Shown piece by piece: positions 46,589-56,324 of a stretch of DNA of 64,000 nucleotides. The notes beneath the pieces are model-generated. The model was given only the letters and a program-made list of their open reading frames with translations. It did no database searches and was not told where the DNA came from. The stretch covers positions 31,790-95,789 of the forward strand of contig CAJFRV010000004.1 of assembly GCA_904419495.1 (NCBI GenBank), in the 5' to 3' direction. The position numbers and the translations under genes were made by a program. Each line of letters opens with the position of its first letter. Positions within the stretch are counted from its first letter, which is position 1. This stretch comes from an uncultured Clostridia bacterium. GTDB taxonomy: Bacteria; Bacillota; Clostridia; TANB77; CAG-508.

Positions 46589-47268
46589 TTTATATCGACA
46601 CCTCCAAACATGCAAAAGCTATCCACATAAATTGTTGGTAATTTCTCATCATATTTTCTTCCTGTCTTATTTGATGTTACCCCGAAGATTGGTATTGATT
46701 TTACTTTTATATTCACATTTTCTGGAACTATTATTTCTATTCCGCCAAATACTGCACATGTTTTTATCAATTTATCCTCATTTATTACTGCCTTTCTTAA
46801 GTCTAAATCAATACTTCCAAATATGGCATTTGCATTTGCACCATTAAATTCTTGGTTATTAAAATCTTCTTTTATTTCTCCAAAGGTTGCACAATATTCT
46901 TCTAAATGTTGTCCCTTTTCCTTTAGTTCTTTATTTTTCTTTTCCATGGTTCTTTCAATTTTATCCTTGAATATAAGATTAATTCCTATTAAGATTAGAA
47001 TTACGGGAATTGTTAATTTCCATAACAAATCAAAATCTAAAATATCTCTACAAGCTAGTAATAGTAGAATACCAATAATTAGCCAAACTACACTCCAAAA
47101 TTTATTTTCTCTTGCAATTAATTCTATTGCACTAGGAATAATGATTAATAATGTCCACCATCCATCAAAAAATATATTGATATCTGTAATTTCTAATGCA
47201 TTTAAAGTAAGGATAACTCCAATTACTATTAATACAACTCCCCATAAGATATTTCCTAATTTTCTCAT
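46585..47268 (-). CDS. LiaF-like cell wall-active antibiotic response protein (N-terminal TM domain plus DUF2154-like C-terminal domain)
   Basis: 227 aa; 4 TM; C-terminal 'FGGIEIIVPENVNIKV......GV' and 'FGGVDIK' beta-repeat pattern. Confidence 0.6.
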   Translation of the reverse strand: MRKLGNILWGVVLIVIGVILTLNALEITDINIFFDGWWTLLIIIPSAIELIARENKFWSVVWLIIGILLLLACRDILDFDLLWKLTIPVILILIGINLIFKDKIERTMEKKNKELKEKGQHLEEYCATFGEIKEDFNNQEFNGANANAIFGSIDLDLRKAVINEDKLIKTCAVFGGIEIIVPENVNIKVKSIPIFGVTSNKTGRKYDEKLPTIYVDSFCMFGGVDIK

Positions 47269-47439
47269 AAAAACCTCCTTCGAGCTGTGTTTGCTCTACT
47301 TTTTTATCATTACTATTTTCTCATCATATAGAAGTTTAATTATTATAAAGACTTCCATATGACAAGTCTAAGTTTCTTATATTTTACCTTATTATGCTAT
47401 ATTTTACAATACATATATGCAATATTTTCATACAAGAAT

Positions 47440-47501
47440 GTCCTATTCTTTAAGAAATTCTTCACAAATTATTTGAATGACAACTTCTTAAAAAATAGGA
47501 C
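47440..47501. other. 17-bp stem hairpin with a 28-nt loop downstream of the CDF gene
   Basis: GTCCTATTCTTTAAGAA / TTCTTAAAAAATAGGAC, one mismatch, no clear U tract. Confidence 0.45.
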
Positions 47502-47516
47502 GTCCTTGTATAAAAA

Positions 47517-48680
47517 TTATATATATGAATTTTCTATCTTTGGTACAGCATAATATTTATCATTTACACTATGTATTTTAGTCTGCACTATACTTTTTAA
47601 TTCTTCATGATTGATTTTACTATCTGCTGAAACCACTAAATCAAAAATTAAATTGATTCTATCTCCACCATCTGTCATTCTAAAATCATGAATAGAAAAT
47701 TCAGGATCAATTTCTCTTACAATCTCTTCTGTTCTTTTTCTCATCTCGTTGATTTCTTCATCATCTGTTACAATAGGATCCATGTGTATAGTTGTAATAC
47801 AATTAAATTCCTCATAAATATCTTGTTCCATTTGATCTATCACATCATGTGCTTTACAAATATCACAGTTTGCTGGAACTTCTGCATGAAAAGACACAAT
47901 TTTTCTGCCCGGTCCATAATCATGCACCATGATATCATGAATTCCTGATATCATCTCATACTTCTTAGTAAATTCTTCTAATTCTTCCACAAATTCTATA
48001 TCTGGTTTCATTCCCAATAATAAATCAATTGTCTCTTTTAATGCTTTAAATCCTGTAAACAAAATAAATATGGCAACTAAAATACTAGCATAACCATCAA
48101 TAGACATTCCAAATATTTTAGCCACAATAGCAGATGCTAATACAACAAAGGTTGAAATCGAATCTGAAATACTATCATATGCATTTCCTTTGATTGCTGC
48201 TGAATTTATTGTCTTTGCAATTTTATTATAGAATATAAATAACCATAATTTTGTTAATACTGCAATTATTAAAATCACAATTGTAACATTACTAATATCT
48301 GGTAATGTTGGATGAATGATTTTATCAAAAGAACTTTTAAATAGTTCAACACCCACTAACACAATTAGAATATCTACAATGAAAGCTGTAATATATTCCA
48401 TTCTACCATGTCCCCATGGATGATCTTTATCTATTTTTTTCTGTGAGACTTTAAATCCAATCATGGTAACAATTGATGAACCTGCATCAGTTACATTGTT
48501 TAATGCATCTGAAATGATAGAAATAGAATTGGCAAATATCCCTATAATCAGCTTTACTGCTGATAATAAAATATTTACAATAATTCCTGTCACACTTGAA
48601 AGCATTCCATATTTTGCTCTTGTTTCTGGTTTTTCTATATCTTTTTCTTTTATAAATAACTTTATTAATAAGTCTGTCAT
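47517..48680 (-). CDS. cation diffusion facilitator (CDF) family metal efflux transporter
   Basis: 'SISIISDALNNVTDAGSS', 'GHGRMEY', C-terminal cytoplasmic domain. GGGGA SD before ATG 48680. Confidence 0.8.
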   Translation of the reverse strand: MTDLLIKLFIKEKDIEKPETRAKYGMLSSVTGIIVNILLSAVKLIIGIFANSISIISDALNNVTDAGSSIVTMIGFKVSQKKIDKDHPWGHGRMEYITAFIVDILIVLVGVELFKSSFDKIIHPTLPDISNVTIVILIIAVLTKLWLFIFYNKIAKTINSAAIKGNAYDSISDSISTFVVLASAIVAKIFGMSIDGYASILVAIFILFTGFKALKETIDLLLGMKPDIEFVEELEEFTKKYEMISGIHDIMVHDYGPGRKIVSFHAEVPANCDICKAHDVIDQMEQDIYEEFNCITTIHMDPIVTDDEEINEMRKRTEEIVREIDPEFSIHDFRMTDGGDRINLIFDLVVSADSKINHEELKSIVQTKIHSVNDKYYAVPKIENSYI

Positions 48681-48744
48681 AATTTCCCCTTCTTTTTTAT
48701 TTAACATTTAAATATGATTGTTATACCACATTTTATTATGGGAA

Positions 48745-48812
48745 GTCAATGGGGACGGAGAAGAATGACACAATTTTTCAAAATCATGTCATTCTTCTCC
48801 GTCCCCATTGAC
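48745..48812. repeat. family A palindrome, copy 2 (26-bp perfect stem), inverted relative to copy 1
   Basis: 48745-48770 pairs with 48787-48812. The loop is the reverse complement of the copy 1 loop. Confidence 0.85.
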
Positions 48813-49760
48813 CCAATCTCCACATTTTTTCTTTTTGACATTCTTAAACAATTCTTTATTTTTTTTCGTTATAACCATTTTTTCTATTTTTCCATTATTA
48901 CATACTTTTAGCGTGATTTTCCCTTTTTCAATGATTGGATGTCTTAATATCCTGATTCCTGAATTATCATAAAATTCTTTTGATACAGCTATATAAGAAA
49001 ATTTTTCATCTTCATAAGGTAATTCTGCGTTTTTTAATAACTTATGTACTTTTGTTCTTTCCATTCTTACAATAGAATGACACCAATCATTGTCTGATAA
49101 TGAACATATTCCTTGACAAGTACATGGTGCAACAACATAAAGTCCATTATCAATTGCAATTTTTTGTACTTCTTTGATATTTTTGAATCCTTCTGGTGTC
49201 CCCGGTTCTATGATTACCAAGATATGATTTGTACTTCCTATTAATTTATGAATAACTTCTTTTCTTTCTTCTTGTTTTATCTCATTAAGCATATAACTTG
49301 TAATAACTAAATCTGCTTTCACTTCTAAAGTATCTTTTACAATATCTATATATTCCCATAAAACATCTTTTAAATTTGGATTCTGACTCATAAAGTCTTT
49401 TCCAAATTCAAGCATAATACGTTCTCTTTCAAAGCATTTTATATTATTTGTTTCCACCAACTCACTAATTGCCCAAGTGGCAGCACCTGTTCCTGCCCCT
49501 ATATCTAATATAGAATTTATTTGGCAATTTGTTTTCTCTAATGTATTTTTCAATGCAGTATATACTGCTCCATATGTTGCTGGCATTCGCATAATGGAAT
49601 ATGCCAATGCCTCCAATTCTGTATTTAATAATGTGTTTCCTGTTCTTTCTTGGTACATATATTTTTCACTTAATTGACTCGCATATTTCTTTAATTCTGT
49701 TAATTTCACATGATTTAGTTTTTCTTCTATCGCATTTTCTAATAAATTTGGTATTTTCAT
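48789..49760 (-). CDS. Rsm22-like class I SAM-dependent methyltransferase
   Basis: 'ILDIGAGTGAATWA'; C-terminal Cys cluster 'CTCQGICSLSDNDWCH'. AGGAG SD before ATG 49760. The last 8 codons lie in repeat A2. Confidence 0.6.
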   Translation of the reverse strand: MKIPNLLENAIEEKLNHVKLTELKKYASQLSEKYMYQERTGNTLLNTELEALAYSIMRMPATYGAVYTALKNTLEKTNCQINSILDIGAGTGAATWAISELVETNNIKCFERERIMLEFGKDFMSQNPNLKDVLWEYIDIVKDTLEVKADLVITSYMLNEIKQEERKEVIHKLIGSTNHILVIIEPGTPEGFKNIKEVQKIAIDNGLYVVAPCTCQGICSLSDNDWCHSIVRMERTKVHKLLKNAELPYEDEKFSYIAVSKEFYDNSGIRILRHPIIEKGKITLKVCNNGKIEKMVITKKNKELFKNVKKKKCGDWVNGDGEE

Positions 49761-49821
49761 ATTGACTCCTATCATTTTTTATGTACAAATTATATCATAT
49801 TTTATCCTCACACTCAAATGA

Positions 49822-49849
49822 AAAATAACATAGATAGCTATGTTATTTT
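49822..49849 (-). terminator. intrinsic terminator of the NUDIX gene
   Basis: AAAATAACATAG-ATAG-CTATGTTATTTT. Confidence 0.6.
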
Positions 49850-49850
49850 A

Positions 49851-50345
49851 TTAGAATTCTTTAATAATATCTTTCACAAATTCCCATCGATTTTTAATAA
49901 ATTGACCATTTTGATATATTTGATCTATTTCTTCATAAGTTGCCCATTTTACTTCAGAAACTTCATCTTCTTTCATAATAACTTTATTTAAATCTATATT
50001 TTGTTTTAGAAAATAGGTATCTACCCAAACGTTTCCTGTTTTAAAATGTGTTAACATTTTTGCATCTTTGATATTTAATTTCACACCCATTTCTTCAAAT
50101 GCTTCTCTTTCAATCGTTTCTATACTTGTTTCACCTTTTATAACAGATCCTCCTGTCATTGCCCATACATTAGGAGAAAGCTTTTTCTGAGCAGAACGTT
50201 TTTGAATTAAAATCTTATTTTCAGAATTTTTTATCCAGACATCTGCCCCTAAATGGTAAAATCCTTCTGGTACTTTTTCTTCGCCTTTTATCATTGTTCT
50301 CCCTGTTTTATTTCCTTCACTATCTAATATATCCCATATTTCCAT
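49851..50345 (-). CDS. NUDIX hydrolase
   Basis: Nudix box 'GGSVIKGETSIETIEREAFEEMGV'. Confidence 0.8.
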   Translation of the reverse strand: MEIWDILDSEGNKTGRTMIKGEEKVPEGFYHLGADVWIKNSENKILIQKRSAQKKLSPNVWAMTGGSVIKGETSIETIEREAFEEMGVKLNIKDAKMLTHFKTGNVWVDTYFLKQNIDLNKVIMKEDEVSEVKWATYEEIDQIYQNGQFIKNRWEFVKDIIKEF

Positions 50346-50359
50346 ATTTTTCCCTCTAC

Positions 50360-50758
50360 TTAATCATTTTCAATAATTTCCACTAATATTCCATCTATAT
50401 CTTGTATAAAAAAGTACTGTTTTCCAAGTCTACCTTGTTTGATTTCAACTTTTTCACAAATATGATTATTTAATATAAACTCTTTTGCTTTTAAGATATC
50501 CTCTACTCCTAATGCAAAATGTTTTGTACCTATTACAGGTAAATCAGTTTCTATTGACTTAGCTGTTTGCGGTAATTCTTTATATTCTTTATATCAAAAC
50601 ATTTCTAACACAACATTATTCAATTTTAACATTCTTATTCTTATACTGTTATCCTCTGCATTCCAACTTTTAAATTCTTTAAATCCAAACCTTTTATAAA
50701 ATTCAACACTTTTATCTATATCAGATACACTAATTGCAATATGATTTACAGTAAACAT
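50360..50758 (-). pseudogene. glyoxalase/VOC family gene interrupted by an in-frame TGA
   Basis: MFTVNHIAISVSDIDKSVEFYKRFGF...LEMF*YKEYKELP...HFALGVEDI...FIQDIDGILVEIIE. The TGA at 50594-50596 is codon 55 of 133. Confidence 0.7.
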
Positions 50759-50781
50759 TTTGTTTCTCCTTTTCTTTTTTC

Positions 50782-51333
50782 TTATAAATATGGTACAACA
50801 TCTTCAAATGTATCATATCCACTTTCACTATTAATGTGTCCTGAATTTGGCACTAAAATTTTCTCTGTTCCTACTTTATTTGCAAAATCTAATTCAACCT
50901 CATATTTTACATAAGGATCATTGTTAGAATAGAAACAAATAATATCTTTTGCATAATTTTTTACCTTTTCTATTTCATCTATATACATACTTTCATTTAC
51001 AGCATCATATTCTTCATCAATTCCTAAATAGTTATTAAATCCACAAACAAAAATACATTTTTTTACTTCTATTTTGTTCTCAATTAAAAATTTAGATATG
51101 AAAGCTGGTGCAATGCTGTGTCCTATTATCGTTGTATTTTCATTGATAAGTTCTAAATCTACATAGTATTTTAATAACTTACTCCAATTTTCATAGTTCT
51201 GAAATCCAACACCTATCGGAAAATCTGGTACATATACTTGTTTTCCTTCTCCTTCAATAAAATCATGTAACCATCCTATCCAATTTGAATATGGACTACT
51301 AAATGATCCATGTATGATAAAATAATTATCCAT
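50782..51333 (-). CDS. alpha/beta hydrolase, YdeN/RBBP9-like serine hydrolase
   Basis: 183 aa; 'IIHGS', nucleophile elbow 'GHSIA'. Confidence 0.5.
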   Translation of the reverse strand: MDNYFIIHGSFSSPYSNWIGWLHDFIEGEGKQVYVPDFPIGVGFQNYENWSKLLKYYVDLELINENTTIIGHSIAPAFISKFLIENKIEVKKCIFVCGFNNYLGIDEEYDAVNESMYIDEIEKVKNYAKDIICFYSNNDPYVKYEVELDFANKVGTEKILVPNSGHINSESGYDTFEDVVPYL

Positions 51334-51346
51334 AATAAATTTCTCC

Positions 51347-52072
51347 TCATTCTTCTAATTCTTTTTTCATCTCTTTTAACATTTCATCAAAATCTTTAAA
51401 TTGATATTGAGACAATTGATTGATTTTTTCTCTGTTACTATCAGAATATTTGTCATATATCACAGCAACTTCTATATTAGCATTATTGGATGCCTCTACG
51501 CCTACCAAAGCATCTTCTACAATCAAACATTCTTCTGGTTTAACATGTAACCTTTCCATAATTTTATCATGTACTTCTGGATTAGGCTTAATAGCATTTA
51601 CATCATTTCTTGCATAAATGATTGAAAAGTAATCTTCTAAATTTGCTTTATTTATGATGTTTTTATTTTCTGTTTTATAACATTCAATAGCAGGTTGATT
51701 GGTTGTACTAGCAATTGCTAATATATATCCTTTTTCTTTCAAATATTTTATGACCTTCTCCGCATTTGGTTTATAATCCACTTTTTCTTTTAAATATCTC
51801 TTTGCAATGTCATATCGTATTTTCTTTATTTCTTCTTTTGACATAGTTGCATGGTATTTTTCTTTTAAGTATCCACAATATTCCAAATAAGGGTCCTGTT
51901 CTTGTTTGTATTCTTTTAATTTATCATCTCTTTGTTTGGCAATATCTGCATCATCAATTGTTCCATCTCCAATTGTTTTGATAAGTTCTTCATCTATTGC
52001 ATTCCATATCCCTACAGAATCTATTAATGTTCCATCCATATCAAAAATAATAACCTTCTTACTTTTTAACAT
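51347..52072 (-). CDS. HAD family hydrolase
   Basis: 'IIFDMDGTLIDS', 'VEDALVGVEA'. Confidence 0.75.
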   Translation of the reverse strand: MLKSKKVIIFDMDGTLIDSVGIWNAIDEELIKTIGDGTIDDADIAKQRDDKLKEYKQEQDPYLEYCGYLKEKYHATMSKEEIKKIRYDIAKRYLKEKVDYKPNAEKVIKYLKEKGYILAIASTTNQPAIECYKTENKNIINKANLEDYFSIIYARNDVNAIKPNPEVHDKIMERLHVKPEECLIVEDALVGVEASNNANIEVAVIYDKYSDSNREKINQLSQYQFKDFDEMLKEMKKELEE

Positions 52073-52075
52073 CTT

Positions 52076-52726
52076 CTACTCCTTCAATAAAGTATTCTTT
52101 TTTATATAATTTGCTATTTCCTCAAACACTTTATTTTGATGTAATATTTCATTTTTATGGTTTTCTACAAAAAAATCTGATATCGTTTTTGAACCATTTT
52201 CTATTAATTTTTGTATCCTTTCATCTCCTAAAATTGATTTGTTCTCACTTTTATTTACATCTAAGCAATGTTCTTCACAATATAGTTTACATTGTATATC
52301 TGATTCTAACTTATCACACATTTTTGCAAAAATAGATTCCTTTGTTTTCATATTTTCAAATTCTTCTATCAATTCTTTTAATTCTTCTTTCTTTGTTAAA
52401 TCTTTTAATACATCCTCTACTGCAGCTTTTCCTATTTTTCTTTTCTCTTCATTTGTAATCTTGTCAAATGGTGTAAAGTCTTTTATTTCTATTTCTTCTA
52501 ATTCATGAATGACAAGCATTTTGATAACTTTCATTAAATCTATTTTGAAATCATATTCTGAATCAATAGCAATGGCTAGCATACATGTCCCATAAATATG
52601 TTCTGCTACACTTTCTACTCTTTCTCTTTCAATATGCCATATTTTCCAACCTCTTCTTATTTTATCTTTTAATGTTGATGTTAACACATAGAAATGGATG
52701 ATGTTTTCTATTTTCTCTGTATTCAT
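52076..52726 (-). CDS. HD domain phosphohydrolase (YfbR-like)
   Basis: 'ESVAEH' and 'IHELEEIEIKD' HD motifs. Confidence 0.6.
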   Translation of the reverse strand: MNTEKIENIIHFYVLTSTLKDKIRRGWKIWHIERERVESVAEHIYGTCMLAIAIDSEYDFKIDLMKVIKMLVIHELEEIEIKDFTPFDKITNEEKRKIGKAAVEDVLKDLTKKEELKELIEEFENMKTKESIFAKMCDKLESDIQCKLYCEEHCLDVNKSENKSILGDERIQKLIENGSKTISDFFVENHKNEILHQNKVFEEIANYIKKNTLLKE

Positions 52727-52735
52727 TTTCTTCTC

Positions 52736-53542
52736 CTATGATAATTCAATTATTTCTAAATCGTTTGGTACATAGATATTACCTGTATAATATTTTTTTG
52801 CTTCTTCTGTGTATAGCTGTTTTCTTTCTGTAATATTATTATCCATTGTATGCCATAATACTAAATTTCTAACCTGTAACATTTGCATTTTTTCACATAC
52901 ATCTTTTATGGTAGAATGATTTTTTTCATGTGGTTTAAACATTTCTTTTTCTGTTTCTCTACAAAACACTTCATGTAACACCCAATCTGTGTCTCTAATT
53001 TTGTCATATATCTTTTCACTACAAGGAACATCTCCTAAAAAGCTTAGGATTTTTTCATTGTGTAATCTCACTTGAAAACCAAATTGTGCACATTCTATAG
53101 AATGTAAATCTAATATTTTTACTTTATATCCTATAATTTCTTTTTCTTGTCCATCTTTTAAATTATGGAATACAACATTTGTCTGAAATTTTTGTATATG
53201 TACTCCATGAGATGTCTTTTCAACAAATCCTTCAATAATTTCTCTGACTTCCTTAGCACAATATATATTTAAGTTCCCTTCATACTTTCCTGCTGCCATT
53301 TTACCACAGATAACTCTTAAAACCACAAAAATACCTAATAAATGGTCTATATGTTTATGTGATATAAATATATCGTGAATTTCAAGTATATCTACATTGC
53401 TATCTTTTATTCGATTTAAGACCTGACTTCCTGCACCTGTATCTACTAACATGTATTGTTTATCATTTTCTAGTAGGAAACAAGTGTTATAACAATCATA
53501 TACAATTCCTGCTCCTGTTCCTAAAACATAAATTCTTTCCAT
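52736..53542 (-). CDS. MBL-fold metallo-hydrolase
   Basis: 'SHKHIDHLLG' (HxHxDH). AAGGAG SD before ATG 53542. Confidence 0.7.
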   Translation of the reverse strand: MERIYVLGTGAGIVYDCYNTCFLLENDKQYMLVDTGAGSQVLNRIKDSNVDILEIHDIFISHKHIDHLLGIFVVLRVICGKMAAGKYEGNLNIYCAKEVREIIEGFVEKTSHGVHIQKFQTNVVFHNLKDGQEKEIIGYKVKILDLHSIECAQFGFQVRLHNEKILSFLGDVPCSEKIYDKIRDTDWVLHEVFCRETEKEMFKPHEKNHSTIKDVCEKMQMLQVRNLVLWHTMDNNITERKQLYTEEAKKYYTGNIYVPNDLEIIELS

Positions 53543-53600
53543 ATGTTTCTCCTTTATCATACTTATTCTTGTTTAGCTTACCGATATGGCAATCTCTCCT

Positions 53601-54152
53601 TCATTCTTTTATTTTTTGTTTAAGTTCTTCTATTATTTGATTATAGTTATCATAATTCTTAGTTACATCATCTATAGTTACTATGTTGCCACTAGATAAA
53701 TTCCTTAAAAAAACTACATTAAAATCCATAAAATCTTCTTCTGCTAAACTCTCAAAATACGTTTTTATATTATCTGCTATCTCTTCATTTTCTTTCTCAC
53801 CCATTTGTCCTACTGTAATAATATATACTTTTTTCCCTTTTAATAATTCATCATGACTAAAATATGGCATTAACCTATCTATGACATTTTTCAATATTCC
53901 AGATATATGATTCATATATATTGGTGTTGCTATTACAATTTTGTCAGCTTTTTTCATTTCATGATATATTTCTCTCATATCATCATTGATCACGCAATAT
54001 TCTTCTAAATTGTTTACACAAGAAATACATCCTAAACAATAATGAATGTTTTTATCGGCTAATGATATTAGTGTATCTGCTCCACCTTTTAAATCTTCTA
54101 GGATCTTATAACAATTTTTCTTTCTATTACTTCCACTTATATATAAAGTCAT
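53601..54152 (-). CDS. flavodoxin-like FMN reductase / iron-sulfur flavoprotein family
   Basis: 183 aa; 'LYISGS' N-terminus, 'CLGCISC' cysteine motif, 'IVIATPIY'. Confidence 0.55.
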   Translation of the reverse strand: MTLYISGSNRKKNCYKILEDLKGGADTLISLADKNIHYCLGCISCVNNLEEYCVINDDMREIYHEMKKADKIVIATPIYMNHISGILKNVIDRLMPYFSHDELLKGKKVYIITVGQMGEKENEEIADNIKTYFESLAEEDFMDFNVVFLRNLSSGNIVTIDDVTKNYDNYNQIIEELKQKIKE

Positions 54153-54162
54153 ATTACTCCTC

Positions 54163-54771
54163 CTATTTATTTTTTAATGCTTGTATTTCATTCATTAATT
54201 TTTCTTTGTTATCTTCATCTATATATCCTTCAATTTTACCTATCATTCTTCCATTTTCAAATGCTACAAGAGCAGGTAATTCTTTAATTTGATATTCATT
54301 TGTTAAAGCTTCAGTAATTTCCACTTTATAAAATTGTGTAGAATCTGGAAAATCCTTTAATAATTCTTTAATAGGAATAGATTTTAATAAACATTGAATT
54401 GAATCATCATTATAAAATTCAATTAGTACTATGTTTTTACTATTTACCTTATTAGCAACATCTTCACTATCTAGCATAAAAAACTCTGATAATGGTGTTG
54501 CTCCATATCTATCAACAAATAAATCTTTTGTTCTTCTTGGATCTTCTTCTATTTGTTTTTTTAATATTTCATATTCTCTTTCATCCTTAGCCACTTTTAT
54601 AGCTCCTATTGGACATTCTTTCTCACACATTCCACAAGAGATACATTTTTCATTATCAATTGCTAGAGTTTCCTTTTCTTCATCATAATAAATTGCTCCA
54701 GTTGGACATACTGCAACTCCTCCACAAGCTTTATCATTATCACAAATTTTAAGATTAATTAATACAGCCAT
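54163..54771 (-). CDS. 2x[4Fe-4S] ferredoxin domain fused to a thioredoxin-like domain that lacks CxxC
   Basis: 'C.....CGGVAVCP' and 'CISCGMCEKECP'. The C-terminal Trx-like fold has a single Cys ('SIQC'). AAGGAG SD before ATG 54771. Confidence 0.55.
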   Translation of the reverse strand: MAVLINLKICDNDKACGGVAVCPTGAIYYDEEKETLAIDNEKCISCGMCEKECPIGAIKVAKDEREYEILKKQIEEDPRRTKDLFVDRYGATPLSEFFMLDSEDVANKVNSKNIVLIEFYNDDSIQCLLKSIPIKELLKDFPDSTQFYKVEITEALTNEYQIKELPALVAFENGRMIGKIEGYIDEDNKEKLMNEIQALKNK

Positions 54772-54867
54772 CTCTTTTCTCCTTTCTAAATATATCATTT
54801 ATAAATCTTACCAGTACTTTCTTTTTTGTTAATACATTAACTCTATTCGTATAAATAGTTTCAAATA

Positions 54868-56004
54868 CTATTTTCTTCTTAACATATTTACTACAGTTAT
54901 CAAATTTTTCACAAAAATATTCACTTCTTCTTCTGTATTATATTTTCCCAGACTAATTCTGATGGGACTATAATTTTCTAAGTCTGCATGACAAGCCTTT
55001 AATACATGGGATGGTTCAGCTATCATAGAATTACATGCAGAACTTGTAGAAACACAAATTCCAAATGATTCTAAAACTAAAAGTAATTCTTCTGATTTTA
55101 CACCCTTAAAAGCCATACTTGATGTATTAGGAAGTCTATTATCTAAATCTCCATAAATCATGACATCTTCAATATTTTCTTTTACATCTTTTTCTAATTT
55201 ATCTCTTAAGTATTTCAACTTTTTGTTAATTTCATAATTATCTTCTAGTATCATTTCAGCTGCTTTTCCAATTCCCATAATATATGGAACATTTTCTGTT
55301 CCTCCACGCCTATTGTTTTCTTGATGACCAAATACTAAAGGAATATATGGTAAACCATCTCTAACATACAATATGCCAATTCCTTTTGGTGTATGAATCT
55401 TGTGTCCAGACATTGATAAAATATCTACCTGAATTTCTTTTACATCTATTGGTATTTTTCCTATCGCTTGAACTGCATCACAGTGAAATGTAATATTATT
55501 TTTCTTAGCTATTTCTCCGATTTCTTTAATAGGATAAATATTTCCGATTTCATTATTTGCCATCATAACTGCTATTAATAAAGTATCATCATTTATAGAT
55601 TTTTTAAGTTCTTCTAAATCAATTCTTCCTCTATTATCAACTGATAAATATGTAACTGTGTAGCCAACATCTTCTAAATACTTCATTGTTTCTAATATAG
55701 AAGCATGTTCTACACTTGTCGTTATGATATGCTTTTTGTTAGGATTATTTTTTACTGCATTCATGATTGCTGTTACATTACTTTCGCTTGCACAACTTGT
55801 AAAGATAATTTCCTTTTCTTTTGCATTTAATAATTTTGCCACCTGTTTTCTTGCTAAAGTTATTTTTTCTTTTACATCTTTTCCAAACTCATAAATACTA
55901 CTAGGATTTCCATAATTTTCCTCTAAAAATGGTAGCATTTCTTTTAATACTTCTTCATCACATTTTGTTGTAGCATTATTATCAAAATAAATTTGTTTAT
56001 TCAT
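54868..56004 (-). CDS. nifS: cysteine desulfurase (NifS-type, class V aminotransferase)
   Basis: 'FDNNATT', PLP lysine 'SMSGHKIHTPKGIG', active-site loop 'SSACNS'. GAGGTGA SD before ATG 56004. Confidence 0.8.
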   Translation of the reverse strand: MNKQIYFDNNATTKCDEEVLKEMLPFLEENYGNPSSIYEFGKDVKEKITLARKQVAKLLNAKEKEIIFTSCASESNVTAIMNAVKNNPNKKHIITTSVEHASILETMKYLEDVGYTVTYLSVDNRGRIDLEELKKSINDDTLLIAVMMANNEIGNIYPIKEIGEIAKKNNITFHCDAVQAIGKIPIDVKEIQVDILSMSGHKIHTPKGIGILYVRDGLPYIPLVFGHQENNRRGGTENVPYIMGIGKAAEMILEDNYEINKKLKYLRDKLEKDVKENIEDVMIYGDLDNRLPNTSSMAFKGVKSEELLLVLESFGICVSTSSACNSMIAEPSHVLKACHADLENYSPIRISLGKYNTEEEVNIFVKNLITVVNMLRRK

Positions 56005-56057
56005 AATGAATATCACCTCTTATCATGAATAAAGTCTGTCTCTCTTATACTCGTTTT

Positions 56058-56086
56058 GATTTTATCATAAATATGTCAATATAGCA
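56058..56086 (-). promoter_or_regulatory. candidate promoter of nifS
   Basis: TTGCTA (56086-56081), 17 nt, TGaTAAAAT (-10 at 56063-56058). Confidence 0.45.
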
Positions 56087-56132
56087 ATGTAAACATTTTT
56101 TATTTTCAAGATTATTTTTTTCTTTATATATT

Positions 56133-56200
56133 TAAGTTCTCAAAGAAGCGTAAAGATTTGTCGATGCGATAAATTGCTACGCAATTTTTCTGTGCAATGT
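56133..56200. repeat. family C repeat, copy 2
   Basis: See 32003-32071. Confidence 0.8.
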
Positions 56201-56202
56201 TA

Positions 56203-56250
56203 TTTTTTTGTTGTATAGGAAAAATTGATTTTTCCTATACAACAAAAAAA
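56203..56250. repeat. hairpin repeat, family F copy 2
   Basis: TTGTTGTATAGGAAAAAT / ATTTTTCCTATACAACAA with flanking T and A runs. Confidence 0.6.
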
Positions 56251-56276
56251 CAATGGTAATTCTAACCCATTGTTTT
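56240..56276 (-). terminator. intrinsic terminator after larE
   Basis: AAAACAATGG / CCATTGTTTT stem followed by T7 on the minus strand. Confidence 0.7.
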
Positions 56277-56324
56277 ACAACAATTTTTGATTTTACAACA
56301 TAATTTCTGTATCTCATTTAATAA

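Noticed and set aside
48681-48788. A NiCo (czcD-type) riboswitch upstream of the CDF transporter.
   Set aside because: The region is occupied by the simple family A palindrome. I see no four-way-junction arrangement or the conserved junction sequences of that class, and the same palindrome occurs upstream of an unrelated gene.
50594-50596. The in-frame TGA of the VOC gene, considered as selenocysteine or a reassigned codon.
   Set aside because: There is no SECIS-like hairpin downstream. VOC enzymes are not known selenoproteins. Neighbouring genes clearly terminate at TGA.
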